From NCBI GenBank assembly GCA_030587475.2, contig JAUQYZ020000189.1:1-64000 (forward strand): a stretch of 64,000 nucleotides of DNA. Direction: 5' to 3'. Under the pieces are notes generated by a model. The model ran no database searches. It was not told the DNA's origin and saw only the letters and a list, made by a program, of their open reading frames with translations. Source of the DNA: Candidatus Sigynarchaeum calidifontis. Lineage in GTDB: Archaea; Asgardarchaeota; Lokiarchaeia; Sigyniarchaeales; Sigyniarchaeaceae. The position numbers and the translations under genes were made by a program. Every line of letters begins with the position of its first letter. The stretch's first letter is position 1. Shown here in pieces: positions 29,863 to 39,846 of the stretch.

Positions 29863-32800
29863 ATGGCAAAAAAGGCTATCACGGGTGGCAAGAAAGCGAC
29901 AGGCGGTGCCGGCAGCGGCCCATCGCTGTTCAGCTTCGGACCGAGCCCGGCTGGTCAAGACACCAAAGCACGAGACGCTGCTCTGGCAAAAACGAAGCCG
30001 GTGGCCAAGCCCCAACCGATAAAAGGAACATCGATGACTGACAAAGGGCAATCGTTACCGATCCAACCAAAGCCCCCCACGGCTTCACAACATCCAGTGT
30101 CCTCCAAGCCGGCCCCGGTAGAAGCGGCCAGACCCATGGATAAGCAGAAATCCGCTGCTACTATCATGGCCGGCAATTCCCTATCGGGAAGTCCCTTTCC
30201 TACCAAAACCCCGACATCCGTTCCTAAGCCAATCGCCCAGCCTTCCCAGAAACCAGCGATCGAGATCACCTCCGGCACCACCAAGGCACCCGTGTCCTAC
30301 GACGAGATAGTCCGGCGGTTCTCGTTTGTCGCGCTGGAGCGGCCGAACAAGGAACCTGTTAACGTGCCCGTGCCCCTGGCCCCCTCTACCTTCCAGAATT
30401 ACTTGCTGCTCAACGTCGAGTATGACCGCGACTCGAACAAGGCGTTGATGCGGTTCTACGACCCCGTGGCCAAGCGCATCTATTTCTTGACGGATCCGAC
30501 CGGTCACGAGCCATATTGCCTCTCCCGGCGCCCGAAGGCGGAGCTCGAAGCGAACCCGCAGCTCACTAGCATCGATGGCTTCAAGCGGATCGAGGTCGTG
30601 AAGAAGCGCGATCTCCTCCGGAACCAGGATCTCGATTTTTCCAAGATCATCGGCACAACGCCTCTAACCATAGCCAGCGGGAATCCGAGCATCAAGGACG
30701 TTTATCCTGACGTGCTCGAGGCCAATATTCGGTACCACCTCAATTACATCGCCGACCGGCACCTCGTACCTGGCTTGTATTATTCGTTCAAGAATGGCGT
30801 GCTCGTGCTCGATCAAATACCCCTGGCCGACGACGTGCGGAAGGAGATCGACGAGCTCATGAAAAACGAGCGGCCTGAATACAAGCAATTCTTCACGGAA
30901 TATTTCGAGTATTTCGTTCCCGAGGTGCCGGACATCCCGCGCGCTGCCATCGACCTGGAGATCTACCAGGCAACGACCGACAAGTACCCCGACCCGGGTG
31001 AAGCCCGCGACCCGATCATCGCCGCGTCGGTCGTCGCATCGGACGGGCGCAACGAAGTCTTGGTCTGGAAGGGGCACAAACTCTTCGATATCGGCAAGTG
31101 GCACGACGATTTCCCCTCGAGCCTCAAGGTGCGCGTGTTCGAGAGCGAGGCCGAGCTCATACGGGAGCTGTTCCGGTTGATCTGGCGTTATCCCATCATC
31201 ATCACGTTCAATGGTGACGAGTTCGATCTCCGATATTTGTACAACCGGTCAAGAAACAAGAAGATCGCGATATCAGATGATGAAAACCCCATAAAAATGG
31301 AACGTGGTATCGGCGTGTCGAAAAATTCGGCATTTCTGAAATACGGCCTCCATCTCGACCTCTACCAGTTCTTCAGGAACCGGTCCATCCAAGGTTACGC
31401 GCTGGGCGGTGCCTACACGGAACATTCGCTCGACGCGGTGTCGCAAGGCCTCCTCGGCGAGAAAAAGTTCGCGTTCGAGGGCGGCATTTCCGAGCTATCG
31501 TTTCTCGACCTCGTGTATTACAACTGGCGAGACGGCATGCTCACGCTCGAACTCACGCGTTTCAAGTCAAATCTCACCTTGAACCTGGTCATAACGCTGA
31601 TGCGCATCTGCCGGCTGCCCATGAACGAGATCGTGCGGACGTGGGTGTCCGCGTGGGTGAAGCAGCTGCTCGTGTGGGAACACCGCAAGCGTGGCTACGT
31701 GGTACCAAATCAATCGGATATCCAGGCAAGGGATGTCAAGCGGGACAAGCTCGTGGCGTCCCAGCTCATTGCTGACGATCAAGACGCTGAAGCCGAGGCA
31801 GAAGCTGACGAGGACGACGAGCTGGGTGGCAAGCGGTTCGAGGGTGCCTTCGTGCTCGACCCGAAGCCGGGCGTGTACTTCGACGTGATCGTCATGGACT
31901 TCTCTAGCCTGTATCCGAGCATCATCAAGGAGTGGAACCTGTCCTACGAGACGATCAACTGCTCGTGCAAATCGTGCACGAAGCGCCAAGTGCCGGGCAT
32001 GCCGCACGTCGTGTGCGGCGACCGGATCGGCATCATGTCGCTGGTCACGGGGGTCATCCGGGACTTGCGGGTCTTGTACTTCAAGCCAAAGGCAAAGAAA
32101 AACCCCTTCTACAACGTGCTCCAGGCAGCACTCAAGGTGTTGATCAACGCGAGCTACGGCGTCTATGGGGCGGAGACATTCGCGCTGTATTGCCTTCCTG
32201 TCGCCGAATCGACGACCGCGATCGGCCGGTACTCGATCAAGAACACGATCGAGAAAGCGACGTCGATAGGCGCGACCGTCTTGTATGGCGACAGCGACTC
32301 GGTCTTCCTCATCAACCCGGGACCAGACAAGGTCAAGATCCTCAGCGCCTGGGCGGACAAGGAGCTGCACCTGGAACTCGACGTGGACAAGGCTTACAAG
32401 TTCCTTGCCTTGTCGTCCCGCAAGAAGAATTACCTCGGCGTGTTCAAGAACGGGGAGATAGACATCAAGGGGCTCGTTGGAAAAAAGAGCAACACCCCAG
32501 CGTTCATCCGCGATGCCTTCTTCCAGTTCACGGAGATCATCAAGGACATCGCCGGCGAGGAGGACTTCAAGGCGAGGAAGGAGAGCATCAAGGCTTTCAT
32601 CAGGCAATGCTGGTCGCGCATCAAGAAAAACCAATTTCCCCTGGAATCCTATGCCATCAAGGTGCAGCTCCAGAGCAAGATCGTCAAGCAGATAACCGAC
32701 CCGAACCCGCCCACGCTCAAGATCCAGCATCTCATGGCTGCCAGGGAGCTCTACCAGCTCAAGAAGGTGAAATTCGAGGCCGGCCAATCCTTCGCCTTCG

Positions 32801-32967
32801 TGAAGGTGAAATCCGGCGCCAAGGCGCTGGAACTCGCGCATCTCGACGAGATCGACCGGGACAAGTACATGGACCTGTTCAAGAGCACGTTCGAGCAAGT
32901 GCTCGATGCGTTGGGTATCTCGTTCACGGAAATCATCGGGATCAAGAAACTGGACAGCTTTTTCTAA
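29863..32967 (+). CDS. polB1: Family B DNA polymerase (PolB1-type)
   Basis: Exonuclease motifs DLE, FNGDEFD and YNWRD; polymerase motifs DFSSLYPS, K..INASYG, YGDSDS and KKNY; C-terminal PIP-like KKLDSFF. Confidence 0.95.
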   Translation: MAKKAITGGKKATGGAGSGPSLFSFGPSPAGQDTKARDAALAKTKPVAKPQPIKGTSMTDKGQSLPIQPKPPTASQHPVSSKPAPVEAARPMDKQKSAATIMAGNSLSGSPFPTKTPTSVPKPIAQPSQKPAIEITSGTTKAPVSYDEIVRRFSFVALERPNKEPVNVPVPLAPSTFQNYLLLNVEYDRDSNKALMRFYDPVAKRIYFLTDPTGHEPYCLSRRPKAELEANPQLTSIDGFKRIEVVKKRDLLRNQDLDFSKIIGTTPLTIASGNPSIKDVYPDVLEANIRYHLNYIADRHLVPGLYYSFKNGVLVLDQIPLADDVRKEIDELMKNERPEYKQFFTEYFEYFVPEVPDIPRAAIDLEIYQATTDKYPDPGEARDPIIAASVVASDGRNEVLVWKGHKLFDIGKWHDDFPSSLKVRVFESEAELIRELFRLIWRYPIIITFNGDEFDLRYLYNRSRNKKIAISDDENPIKMERGIGVSKNSAFLKYGLHLDLYQFFRNRSIQGYALGGAYTEHSLDAVSQGLLGEKKFAFEGGISELSFLDLVYYNWRDGMLTLELTRFKSNLTLNLVITLMRICRLPMNEIVRTWVSAWVKQLLVWEHRKRGYVVPNQSDIQARDVKRDKLVASQLIADDQDAEAEAEADEDDELGGKRFEGAFVLDPKPGVYFDVIVMDFSSLYPSIIKEWNLSYETINCSCKSCTKRQVPGMPHVVCGDRIGIMSLVTGVIRDLRVLYFKPKAKKNPFYNVLQAALKVLINASYGVYGAETFALYCLPVAESTTAIGRYSIKNTIEKATSIGATVLYGDSDSVFLINPGPDKVKILSAWADKELHLELDVDKAYKFLALSSRKKNYLGVFKNGEIDIKGLVGKKSNTPAFIRDAFFQFTEIIKDIAGEEDFKARKESIKAFIRQCWSRIKKNQFPLESYAIKVQLQSKIVKQITDPNPPTLKIQHLMAARELYQLKKVKFEAGQSFAFVKVKSGAKALELAHLDEIDRDKYMDLFKSTFEQVLDALGISFTEIIGIKKLDSFF

Positions 32968-33003
32968 TAAACTTGCAAAAAAAAAAGGAATCAAGAGATA
33001 GTT

Positions 33004-35004
33004 CTATCCCGTGCTTTGTTTTTCTTCTTGTTTCTTGCGCTTCAACAGCCGGAGGAGCCATGGGGCGGTGGCCGAGACTGGTTTCTCGTACTTCACGGCC
33101 GTCTGGTTCTCCTTCATGATCATGAGCTCTTCGATCTCCCTCGCGGCGCTCGTCCAGTCGATCTTGTACTTGTTGTGGTACCTGGATCGCCTGGCGCCGA
33201 ACATGATGGCCTTGAACATGAGCATCGCGACCGGCTTCGTCGGGCCGCTGAGATCAACGGCCTTGCGGAAAGTGAGCATTTGGAAGTCGTCCCAACCCCC
33301 AAGATAGCCCGTGAGCGGCAAGAACACGAACAGCGGGAACACGAGCAGCCCGATGAGAACGAAGATGGCCGCCGGCCCGATGACCGCGTACTCCTCGAGA
33401 AAACTGAAAAGGCTTTTCAAGGGCTGGAAGGCGAACGTGTAATAGAGAATGCCGGCGGCGAGCACTGGGATCGAGGAGACGAGCGGGACGATGAACGTTT
33501 GCATCCAGTTGATCCGCACCTTCATGACCCGCTTGTTGATGAACACCCAGCACGCGATCATCTTGATGATGCGCGGCCAGAAATGTTCGAAGGCGAGGAT
33601 GTAGACGATGCCCCCGATGCCAAACACGATGTTCAAGTTGAACACGTAGAGATACAACCACACGAAAAGGACCTGGTTTGCTTCCTCGATAACGCGATTG
33701 ATCGTGTAGAAGTTGATGTGCAGCGTCCCGATCAGCACGGTGTCCGGGATGCTTATCCACGGCATGAAGAGCTTGTGGATGAGCGAGGGGACGAGAAACG
33801 GGACGGCAAGGAGATAATTCTCCAGGCCGGGCAGCTTGATGATCTCGGTTATGAGCATCGGCATCACAGAGATCAAGGTGAGCGTGAGAAAGCACATGAG
33901 GAAGCCGTTCCACTTGAACGTGGTCTCCACGTAAAACTTGGCGAGCTCCTTCTTTCCGTTCATGTAACTCTCGGCGATGGCGGCCGTGAGGTTGAAGGAT
34001 CCCTGGTCAACGATGCCGCTCACGCCGCTCGCGAGCCCGGCCAGCACGATCCATGTCGAGTATTGCGGCAACCTTTCGACGTACATGAGCAACATCCACG
34101 TGGACGTTGCGGTGTTGATCAGCGGCACGATAGAAACTTGTAGGCCAAACCAGAGGCATTCCTTGACGACATCCTTGGAGAAATCTACCCGCATGCAATC
34201 CCTTGCCGTGACGCCGAACGGCTTCATCGCCTTGTTAAAATAATGCACTGACAGCCACATGGCAAAGAAATCGTCAACGTAGGCCCCGATCGCAGCCCCG
34301 AACACCATGCCCATGAGCTCGCCGACCGCGGGGTTCTGGTTGCCGAGGTAACGACCCAAAATGATGAAAATGATGTTGGTCAAGTTCTGAAACACCTGCC
34401 CGCTGATGAGCCCGAGGACTTGCGTTTTATTATAGAGCTGGAGCCCTTCCAGGACACTCTTGAACATGCCAAGCATCGCAGGCCACTGCTTTTGCAAGAT
34501 AATGAGGAATACCCATGTCAAGTAGGCGAATTGATTGAACCGGAACACGTTGAGAATGATGACCGAGATGATGAGAATCTGGACGATGCCCGTGAACATC
34601 TGATACCATATATAGAAGCGCACGTACTCAAGCATTTTATTTGGGTTTTTGACACGCCACTCGGCTATGAACCGGACGATGCCAAACGCCGTGCCGACAT
34701 CAAAGAGCTGGTACACGATTGCAAAGACACCGCCAGCAATGCCGTTGTATCCTTGAATTTGCGGGTAAGGCCACAACCACTGGTACACGAAGCTCACGAG
34801 CACGATGCCTATTATTGTGGTGGCGATGGTGATCATGTACCCGTAAAGAAAATTACCGAGCGGCCTTTGGAAGCCGATGTCCTCCCAGTGGTTGAACTTC
34901 ACCGAGTTAAATCGCTCGTCGTCGGTGTATCCCGTGATCTCGGTGAGCCGCGGGATGCTCACCTTTTCCCGTTCCTTCTCGATCGGTTTCGAGTCATCGG
35001 GCAT
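33004..35004 (-). CDS. MOP-superfamily (MATE/flippase-like) multi-pass transporter
   Basis: About 14 TM segments; FDVGTAFGIVRFIAE and AAIAESY repeat motifs typical of MOP/flippases. Confidence 0.7.
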   Translation of the reverse strand: MPDDSKPIEKEREKVSIPRLTEITGYTDDERFNSVKFNHWEDIGFQRPLGNFLYGYMITIATTIIGIVLVSFVYQWLWPYPQIQGYNGIAGGVFAIVYQLFDVGTAFGIVRFIAEWRVKNPNKMLEYVRFYIWYQMFTGIVQILIISVIILNVFRFNQFAYLTWVFLIILQKQWPAMLGMFKSVLEGLQLYNKTQVLGLISGQVFQNLTNIIFIILGRYLGNQNPAVGELMGMVFGAAIGAYVDDFFAMWLSVHYFNKAMKPFGVTARDCMRVDFSKDVVKECLWFGLQVSIVPLINTATSTWMLLMYVERLPQYSTWIVLAGLASGVSGIVDQGSFNLTAAIAESYMNGKKELAKFYVETTFKWNGFLMCFLTLTLISVMPMLITEIIKLPGLENYLLAVPFLVPSLIHKLFMPWISIPDTVLIGTLHINFYTINRVIEEANQVLFVWLYLYVFNLNIVFGIGGIVYILAFEHFWPRIIKMIACWVFINKRVMKVRINWMQTFIVPLVSSIPVLAAGILYYTFAFQPLKSLFSFLEEYAVIGPAAIFVLIGLLVFPLFVFLPLTGYLGGWDDFQMLTFRKAVDLSGPTKPVAMLMFKAIMFGARRSRYHNKYKIDWTSAAREIEELMIMKENQTAVKYEKPVSATAPWLLRLLKRKKQEEKQSTG

Positions 35005-35109
35005 GCAATACAGCCTCTGGTGGATTGCATCTAATCTAGCATCGCCGGGCTGCCATAAAAAGGTGCGCTGCCCGCGTGGGGATATACCTGGATATCCATG
35101 ACCTGGCGT

Positions 35110-35898
35110 TCAATCCTCGTATTCGAAGACGGTGTACTTGCCGCACGCCCGGCAAAGGATCTCGGCCGTGACGAACGTGACGCACGTGCCGAGGGTCTCC
35201 TCGTACCAGATACACGTGGTCTGATCGCTCCTGCACGCGGCGCAGCTGAAGCGCGGGCACGGCTTGCCCAACGGGTCGTCGGATATTGCATGCGTGCGGC
35301 GATGCTTGACCGCCAGTTCCCATCGTCCCCCCGGGATCCTGGGTTCCGGTAGCACGTGGTAGTCCGGCTTTATCGGCGGTTCTGCTCCCGTCCGGCGGTA
35401 GTGCTCGGACAGCGCCTCGGCGGCTGCCTCGCGGGTCCAGTGATCCGTGCTCCCGAACGCGGCCTTCAACGCATCGACCGTCGTGCTGATGTCGTGGCCT
35501 CTCAAGGCGAGCCCCCAAAGCACACTGGCCGAGTTGCGTGCCACTTCCGGGAAAGATTCCCACCGCGACAAGCAGGCTCCCAGTGCTGCAAGGGTTCTCG
35601 GGGGCGGTTGGCTGGCTATCTGCACGAGTCTCAAGGCGTAGCTCGCGTGCCGTCGTATTTGCGGGTCGGAATCCTCCAAGCCAAGGGTCATCGGTTCCAG
35701 CAAGGCATTGCCGCGCAAGGCCAGGTCGTCTCCGGCCTCCACGACCTTGCGGAGAGCCGTGGATGCGCATTGGAACGCGGTCGTGCCCGGCGCGCTCGAT
35801 ATCAGTTTTTGGAGCACGGGCATGGCGCCAGGCGGCCCGTACCGCTCGAGGATCGAGACGAGTTCCGGGAGTTTCTCCTCGCCACCCCCTTTCACCAC
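35110..35898 (-). CDS. HEAT-repeat protein with a C-terminal Zn ribbon
   Basis: LEDSDPQIRRHASYAL and STDHWTREAAAEAL HEAT-like units; CAAC...CRAC. Confidence 0.7.
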   Translation of the reverse strand: MVKGGGEEKLPELVSILERYGPPGAMPVLQKLISSAPGTTAFQCASTALRKVVEAGDDLALRGNALLEPMTLGLEDSDPQIRRHASYALRLVQIASQPPPRTLAALGACLSRWESFPEVARNSASVLWGLALRGHDISTTVDALKAAFGSTDHWTREAAAEALSEHYRRTGAEPPIKPDYHVLPEPRIPGGRWELAVKHRRTHAISDDPLGKPCPRFSCAACRSDQTTCIWYEETLGTCVTFVTAEILCRACGKYTVFEYED

Positions 35899-35937
35899 GT
35901 TTGGATCTCCCCGTTTTTTCCGGTTTCGATTAGGCGT

Positions 35938-38900
35938 TTATTCCATCAATTGCTGCATGTCCTTCAACCATTTTGCCTTCTCGATGAACGTCTCCCGCGG
36001 GAACCGCTCGAGGAACCCGATGCGATCCGAGAGCATCTGTTTCATCTTCCCGGTAAGATCGAGCCGGATGATCGAGTCCTCCATGTAGAAACGAACCTCC
36101 TTCAAGCTCATCCACTGCATGTTCAAGATGCCGCGATCGAGCAGCGCGGCGAGGTCGATTTCGATGGGAAATTCCATCCACATCGACTTGCTCGCCTCGG
36201 TCACGATGAGTTTTTTGCTCGTTCGCATTAGATAAAAAAAGTGTTGGCCACTTGCAATGATCTCGAAAACATCCTCGTTTAGGTCATTCTCCTCAAATGT
36301 CAAGGGCATCTTGATGGTTCCATCGCTTCCGGCGAACCCGATAACGTATTCGCCGGTCTCTTTTTTCGCCAAGAAATGCGTTCGTGCGGACATGTTGTCC
36401 CATTTCACGCTGATGGGCTTGATCGGCGTGTCAAGGGTGAATCGAAAGATCTTGTCGGTTCGTATGTTGATGTACGTGAGCGCTTTGTTCTCCGTGCTGA
36501 GGATCGCCAGGAGTTCCTGGTTCGGGGAGGCGGCGAGAAAGTCGTTTTCGCCGATTTGCAGCCGTGTTGACTTCTGGTTCAACGATGTTTCGCCCGGCGT
36601 CCATCGCATGAGGATCCCGTTTTTCAACAGCGCCTGGAACGTCGTGTCGTCCTTCCATCCGATGGCGACGGCGCTTTGATCGAGCTCGATCATCGTGACG
36701 TGCTGCTCGAGGGCTGCATCGTCCAGGGCGAGCATGAGGCTACCGGGATTGAACATCGGATCGCTGGCAAGATCGAGCATCATCAACTTGTTATCGTGTT
36801 GCATCAATGCCTTGATGGTACGTTTTTCGAGCTTCGACTCTGACACGAGCAGCTTCTTCCCGTCCGGGCTCCACTGCACGACGCTCGGCTTGATCCTGGC
36901 CGTCTTGCCCGTGAAGATAGCGGACTCGATCGGCTGGAAGTTCTTGGTCATGAAGACAAGCTTCGGCTCCTTCGTGATGACGGCCTGGACGTCCGCGGCC
37001 GGGTGCGGCTGGATCGAGATGATCGGCTTGGGTACCTTGAGCACGCTAGCTTCCGTTGTCCTGATCTTCGCGCTAGCGGTATGCGTGTACGTCGCGAGCT
37101 GATCGAATACCTTGATGACGCCCTGGCCATTCTCCACGAATTCGAGGGCATCATATATTTCCTTGATGGTAAGTGACAAATCTTGCCGCAGAAAATTGAT
37201 AAACACGACGCTATTGTTGATTTTCGTGGTGTCGGACTTGAACAAGAACATGTTGAACAATCGATCGAGGAAAAACTTGAGATCATTCAGCACGAGGATC
37301 CGGGCTCGAGCGATCGTCTCATTCCCCGAAGCTCTGCTCCCCTTCCAGTCCCCGATAGCAGTATAATGGGACGGCAGCCCAGAAGCACCAAACGACTCGA
37401 GCACCCGTAGTGCATTGACATTGCGCTGCGTGGATGCAATGGCTGCAAGATCGAAGAAAAATTGCATGATTTCTTGATACACGTGCCCTATATGTATCCG
37501 GTCGGCGTGCATGAACGGGACGAAGTTCATGAAGCTGTCCAGGTAGGCCTTGAGAAGGTTCGTCGTTTGCGCGAGTGCTTGGATGGTAGTAGTGGAACCT
37601 ACGACGATCTCCTTGAAGGTCTCGATCGCGGCCTGGAGGACGAACTCGTCCGTAGAATCGACGATCAAGCTCGCCCACTCTTCCAACGCCTTGTCAAGGA
37701 ATTCCAGTGCCTTGTCGATGTGCCCTTCACCATTCTCGACACTAGCGATCCCGACGAGCGCGAACGGATGATTATTAGCGATGGACAGTGCTTTTTGGAA
37801 GTGCTGGCGTGCGTGGACAAGATCCTTCTGTTCTAGAGCCTCGAATCCCATGTCGCAATAATCGTCAATTATCAAGGATTGCACTGCCTTGGCCTTTTCG
37901 TTATCCGGATCCAACGAGAAGATTTCCTTGATGTCTTGCAGTGCATCATCATATTGTTTTGCGTTCTTGTGCTTGGTAGCGAGATCGTAGTAGGCATCGA
38001 TCATGCTTTCCTTGGCACCAAGGGTTCCCTCGTCCAGGCGCAAGGCCTCGCGGAGAGCCTTGATTGCCTCCACTTGTTGTCCTTTCAAGAGATAATTTTT
38101 CCCCAACCACGTCCATGAATTCGCGTCGTATGGGTATAGTTCGATGGCCTTGTGAAGGAATTTATCAGCCTGAACGGTGTCACCATAAATATGGAAGTTC
38201 ATGCCTTTCTCGAAATTGACATCCGCGACTTTCTTCCGGTATTCCCAGTTTTCTGGTTCCAGCTCGATGATCTTTTCAAGTATACGTATGAAGTTATCTC
38301 GAGAGTCGAGAAACTCGTATTCCTTGGCATAGATCTTGTAGGGTTCTATGGAATCCGGGTTTATTTCGATTGCCTTGTCCAGGCACCGATTGACGTCTGA
38401 AAATTCAATTTGTTGTATCTCGCGATCCTTTGTCTCCATCGCGGACTGGCATTTGATGTCCGCGAGCAAGATCCATGCTTCCAAGAAATCATCCTTGATT
38501 TTCGTGGCCTTTGAAAGCAGGTTCTTGGTCGCCTCCATGTCGCCCGCGTTGTACGTCTCCAGTGCCTCCTCGTACAACTCCAGGTGATCGAGCGGGAGCC
38601 CTTTCTTAATTTTCTCCTTCCGAGTTTGGCTTTCCCACGCTGCCACCGCGTCCTCGTCGAACGGGTCGAGCTCGAAGCCAGCTTCTTTCTGGAGCGTCTC
38701 CACCTTCTCTTTCATGATAGCGCTTGCTGCACCTTGGATGCTGGACGCGTTTCCCAATCCAGATGATGATAACCGCTTTTCTTGCGATATCTGCATTTCC
38801 AAGGCCTTTTTCGCGCAATACAGGGCGAGGGGCTTCTTGTTCATGATCTCGTAGATCATGGTCAGTTGGTCCCAGTAGGCTTTTTCGTTCGGATCGAGCT

Positions 38901-39672
38901 GAACTGCTTTTTTTATGGCATTCCTTGACTCGTAGAAATCCGTTAAATCCTTGTAATGCGCCTCGAACGAGTAGGAAAACACCCCGACCCGCTTCTGTGC
39001 ACGCTTCAAGAAGGCCTGGGAAAGGTTATACCAATCGATGGCGTTGTCGGCCTTGAGTGCCAAGGCTTTCTTGTAGATGGATATGACATCATCGATGTCC
39101 TGGTCAGCATAGGAATATAACTTGCCACTCGCAGCTCGGATGAGATCCTTGTAAGTTTCTTCTTTCTTTTGGTTGGCTATTTTGTCGGCTTCTGTGATTT
39201 CCTCGAGTTGCTGCTTGATGGCATCAGAATCCGTGATTTTTTCGCTTGCAATACTGTCACCGAAAATATCCTTGAGGTCTGTATCGATATCGTCGAGGGC
39301 AGTCGATTTTCCAGGCTTCGTACCTTTTTGTATTGCTTCCTTCGCATTGCCCGGTTTGGATGGAATTTCCGTGGACTTTTCGGGAGATTCAAGCAATTCT
39401 TCGAGATTCTTCAAATTCGCGATGAAGGGTTCTAAGGCATCCATTTCCTGGAGCGTTATCTTGAATTCCGAGGCGATCTTCGGGTCAGATTCGAGCAACG
39501 ACGTGAATTTTTTTAAAACCACTGGATTCTGCTGAAGGCAAGTGATAAGCAATTTCCGGGTCTGATCATTCAAGGTGCTCGTGATTTGTGACCACAAGGC
39601 CATGTCCCCGGGGGATTTTGTCAAGCGGTCGAGCTTCTCCTTGAATTCGCTTTCAGCCATGATCTTTGCCAT
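35938..39672 (-). CDS. TPR-repeat protein with a C-terminal beta-propeller-like domain
   Basis: Many TPR units (AVQLDPNEK, AIEINPDS, AIELYPYDANSW); C-terminal QWSPDGKKL, AIGWKDD and AASPNQELLA blades; start placed at MAKIMAE because the longer ORF overlaps the divergent GH gene. Confidence 0.8.
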   Translation of the reverse strand: MAKIMAESEFKEKLDRLTKSPGDMALWSQITSTLNDQTRKLLITCLQQNPVVLKKFTSLLESDPKIASEFKITLQEMDALEPFIANLKNLEELLESPEKSTEIPSKPGNAKEAIQKGTKPGKSTALDDIDTDLKDIFGDSIASEKITDSDAIKQQLEEITEADKIANQKKEETYKDLIRAASGKLYSYADQDIDDVISIYKKALALKADNAIDWYNLSQAFLKRAQKRVGVFSYSFEAHYKDLTDFYESRNAIKKAVQLDPNEKAYWDQLTMIYEIMNKKPLALYCAKKALEMQISQEKRLSSSGLGNASSIQGAASAIMKEKVETLQKEAGFELDPFDEDAVAAWESQTRKEKIKKGLPLDHLELYEEALETYNAGDMEATKNLLSKATKIKDDFLEAWILLADIKCQSAMETKDREIQQIEFSDVNRCLDKAIEINPDSIEPYKIYAKEYEFLDSRDNFIRILEKIIELEPENWEYRKKVADVNFEKGMNFHIYGDTVQADKFLHKAIELYPYDANSWTWLGKNYLLKGQQVEAIKALREALRLDEGTLGAKESMIDAYYDLATKHKNAKQYDDALQDIKEIFSLDPDNEKAKAVQSLIIDDYCDMGFEALEQKDLVHARQHFQKALSIANNHPFALVGIASVENGEGHIDKALEFLDKALEEWASLIVDSTDEFVLQAAIETFKEIVVGSTTTIQALAQTTNLLKAYLDSFMNFVPFMHADRIHIGHVYQEIMQFFFDLAAIASTQRNVNALRVLESFGASGLPSHYTAIGDWKGSRASGNETIARARILVLNDLKFFLDRLFNMFLFKSDTTKINNSVVFINFLRQDLSLTIKEIYDALEFVENGQGVIKVFDQLATYTHTASAKIRTTEASVLKVPKPIISIQPHPAADVQAVITKEPKLVFMTKNFQPIESAIFTGKTARIKPSVVQWSPDGKKLLVSESKLEKRTIKALMQHDNKLMMLDLASDPMFNPGSLMLALDDAALEQHVTMIELDQSAVAIGWKDDTTFQALLKNGILMRWTPGETSLNQKSTRLQIGENDFLAASPNQELLAILSTENKALTYINIRTDKIFRFTLDTPIKPISVKWDNMSARTHFLAKKETGEYVIGFAGSDGTIKMPLTFEENDLNEDVFEIIASGQHFFYLMRTSKKLIVTEASKSMWMEFPIEIDLAALLDRGILNMQWMSLKEVRFYMEDSIIRLDLTGKMKQMLSDRIGFLERFPRETFIEKAKWLKDMQQLME

Positions 39673-39846
39673 GGTGGGCTTGTCGAATACTAGTGAAAAA
39701 TAGATTGCAATGGATTTATACGCGCTTTTAGAACGAAAAAAGAGGATATTACCCTCGTCTGTCGAGGATAAAACCAAAAATAATAAGTGATCTCGACTAG
39801 AACATCGTATCGAGCCACGCTCGCTGTTCGTGGGCATATCCTTGCT

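Noticed and set aside
31567-32994. 475-aa antisense ORF and 395-aa alternate-frame ORF over polB
   Set aside because: Shadow ORFs caused by GC-rich third codon positions; no motifs. The same applies to 33016-34143, 45533-46525 and 51169-52197
35005-35112. TGA of the HEAT-Zn gene is in frame with the flippase with no intervening stop (possible selenocysteine read-through)
   Set aside because: No redox context or SECIS-like element seen; both genes look complete; likely chance
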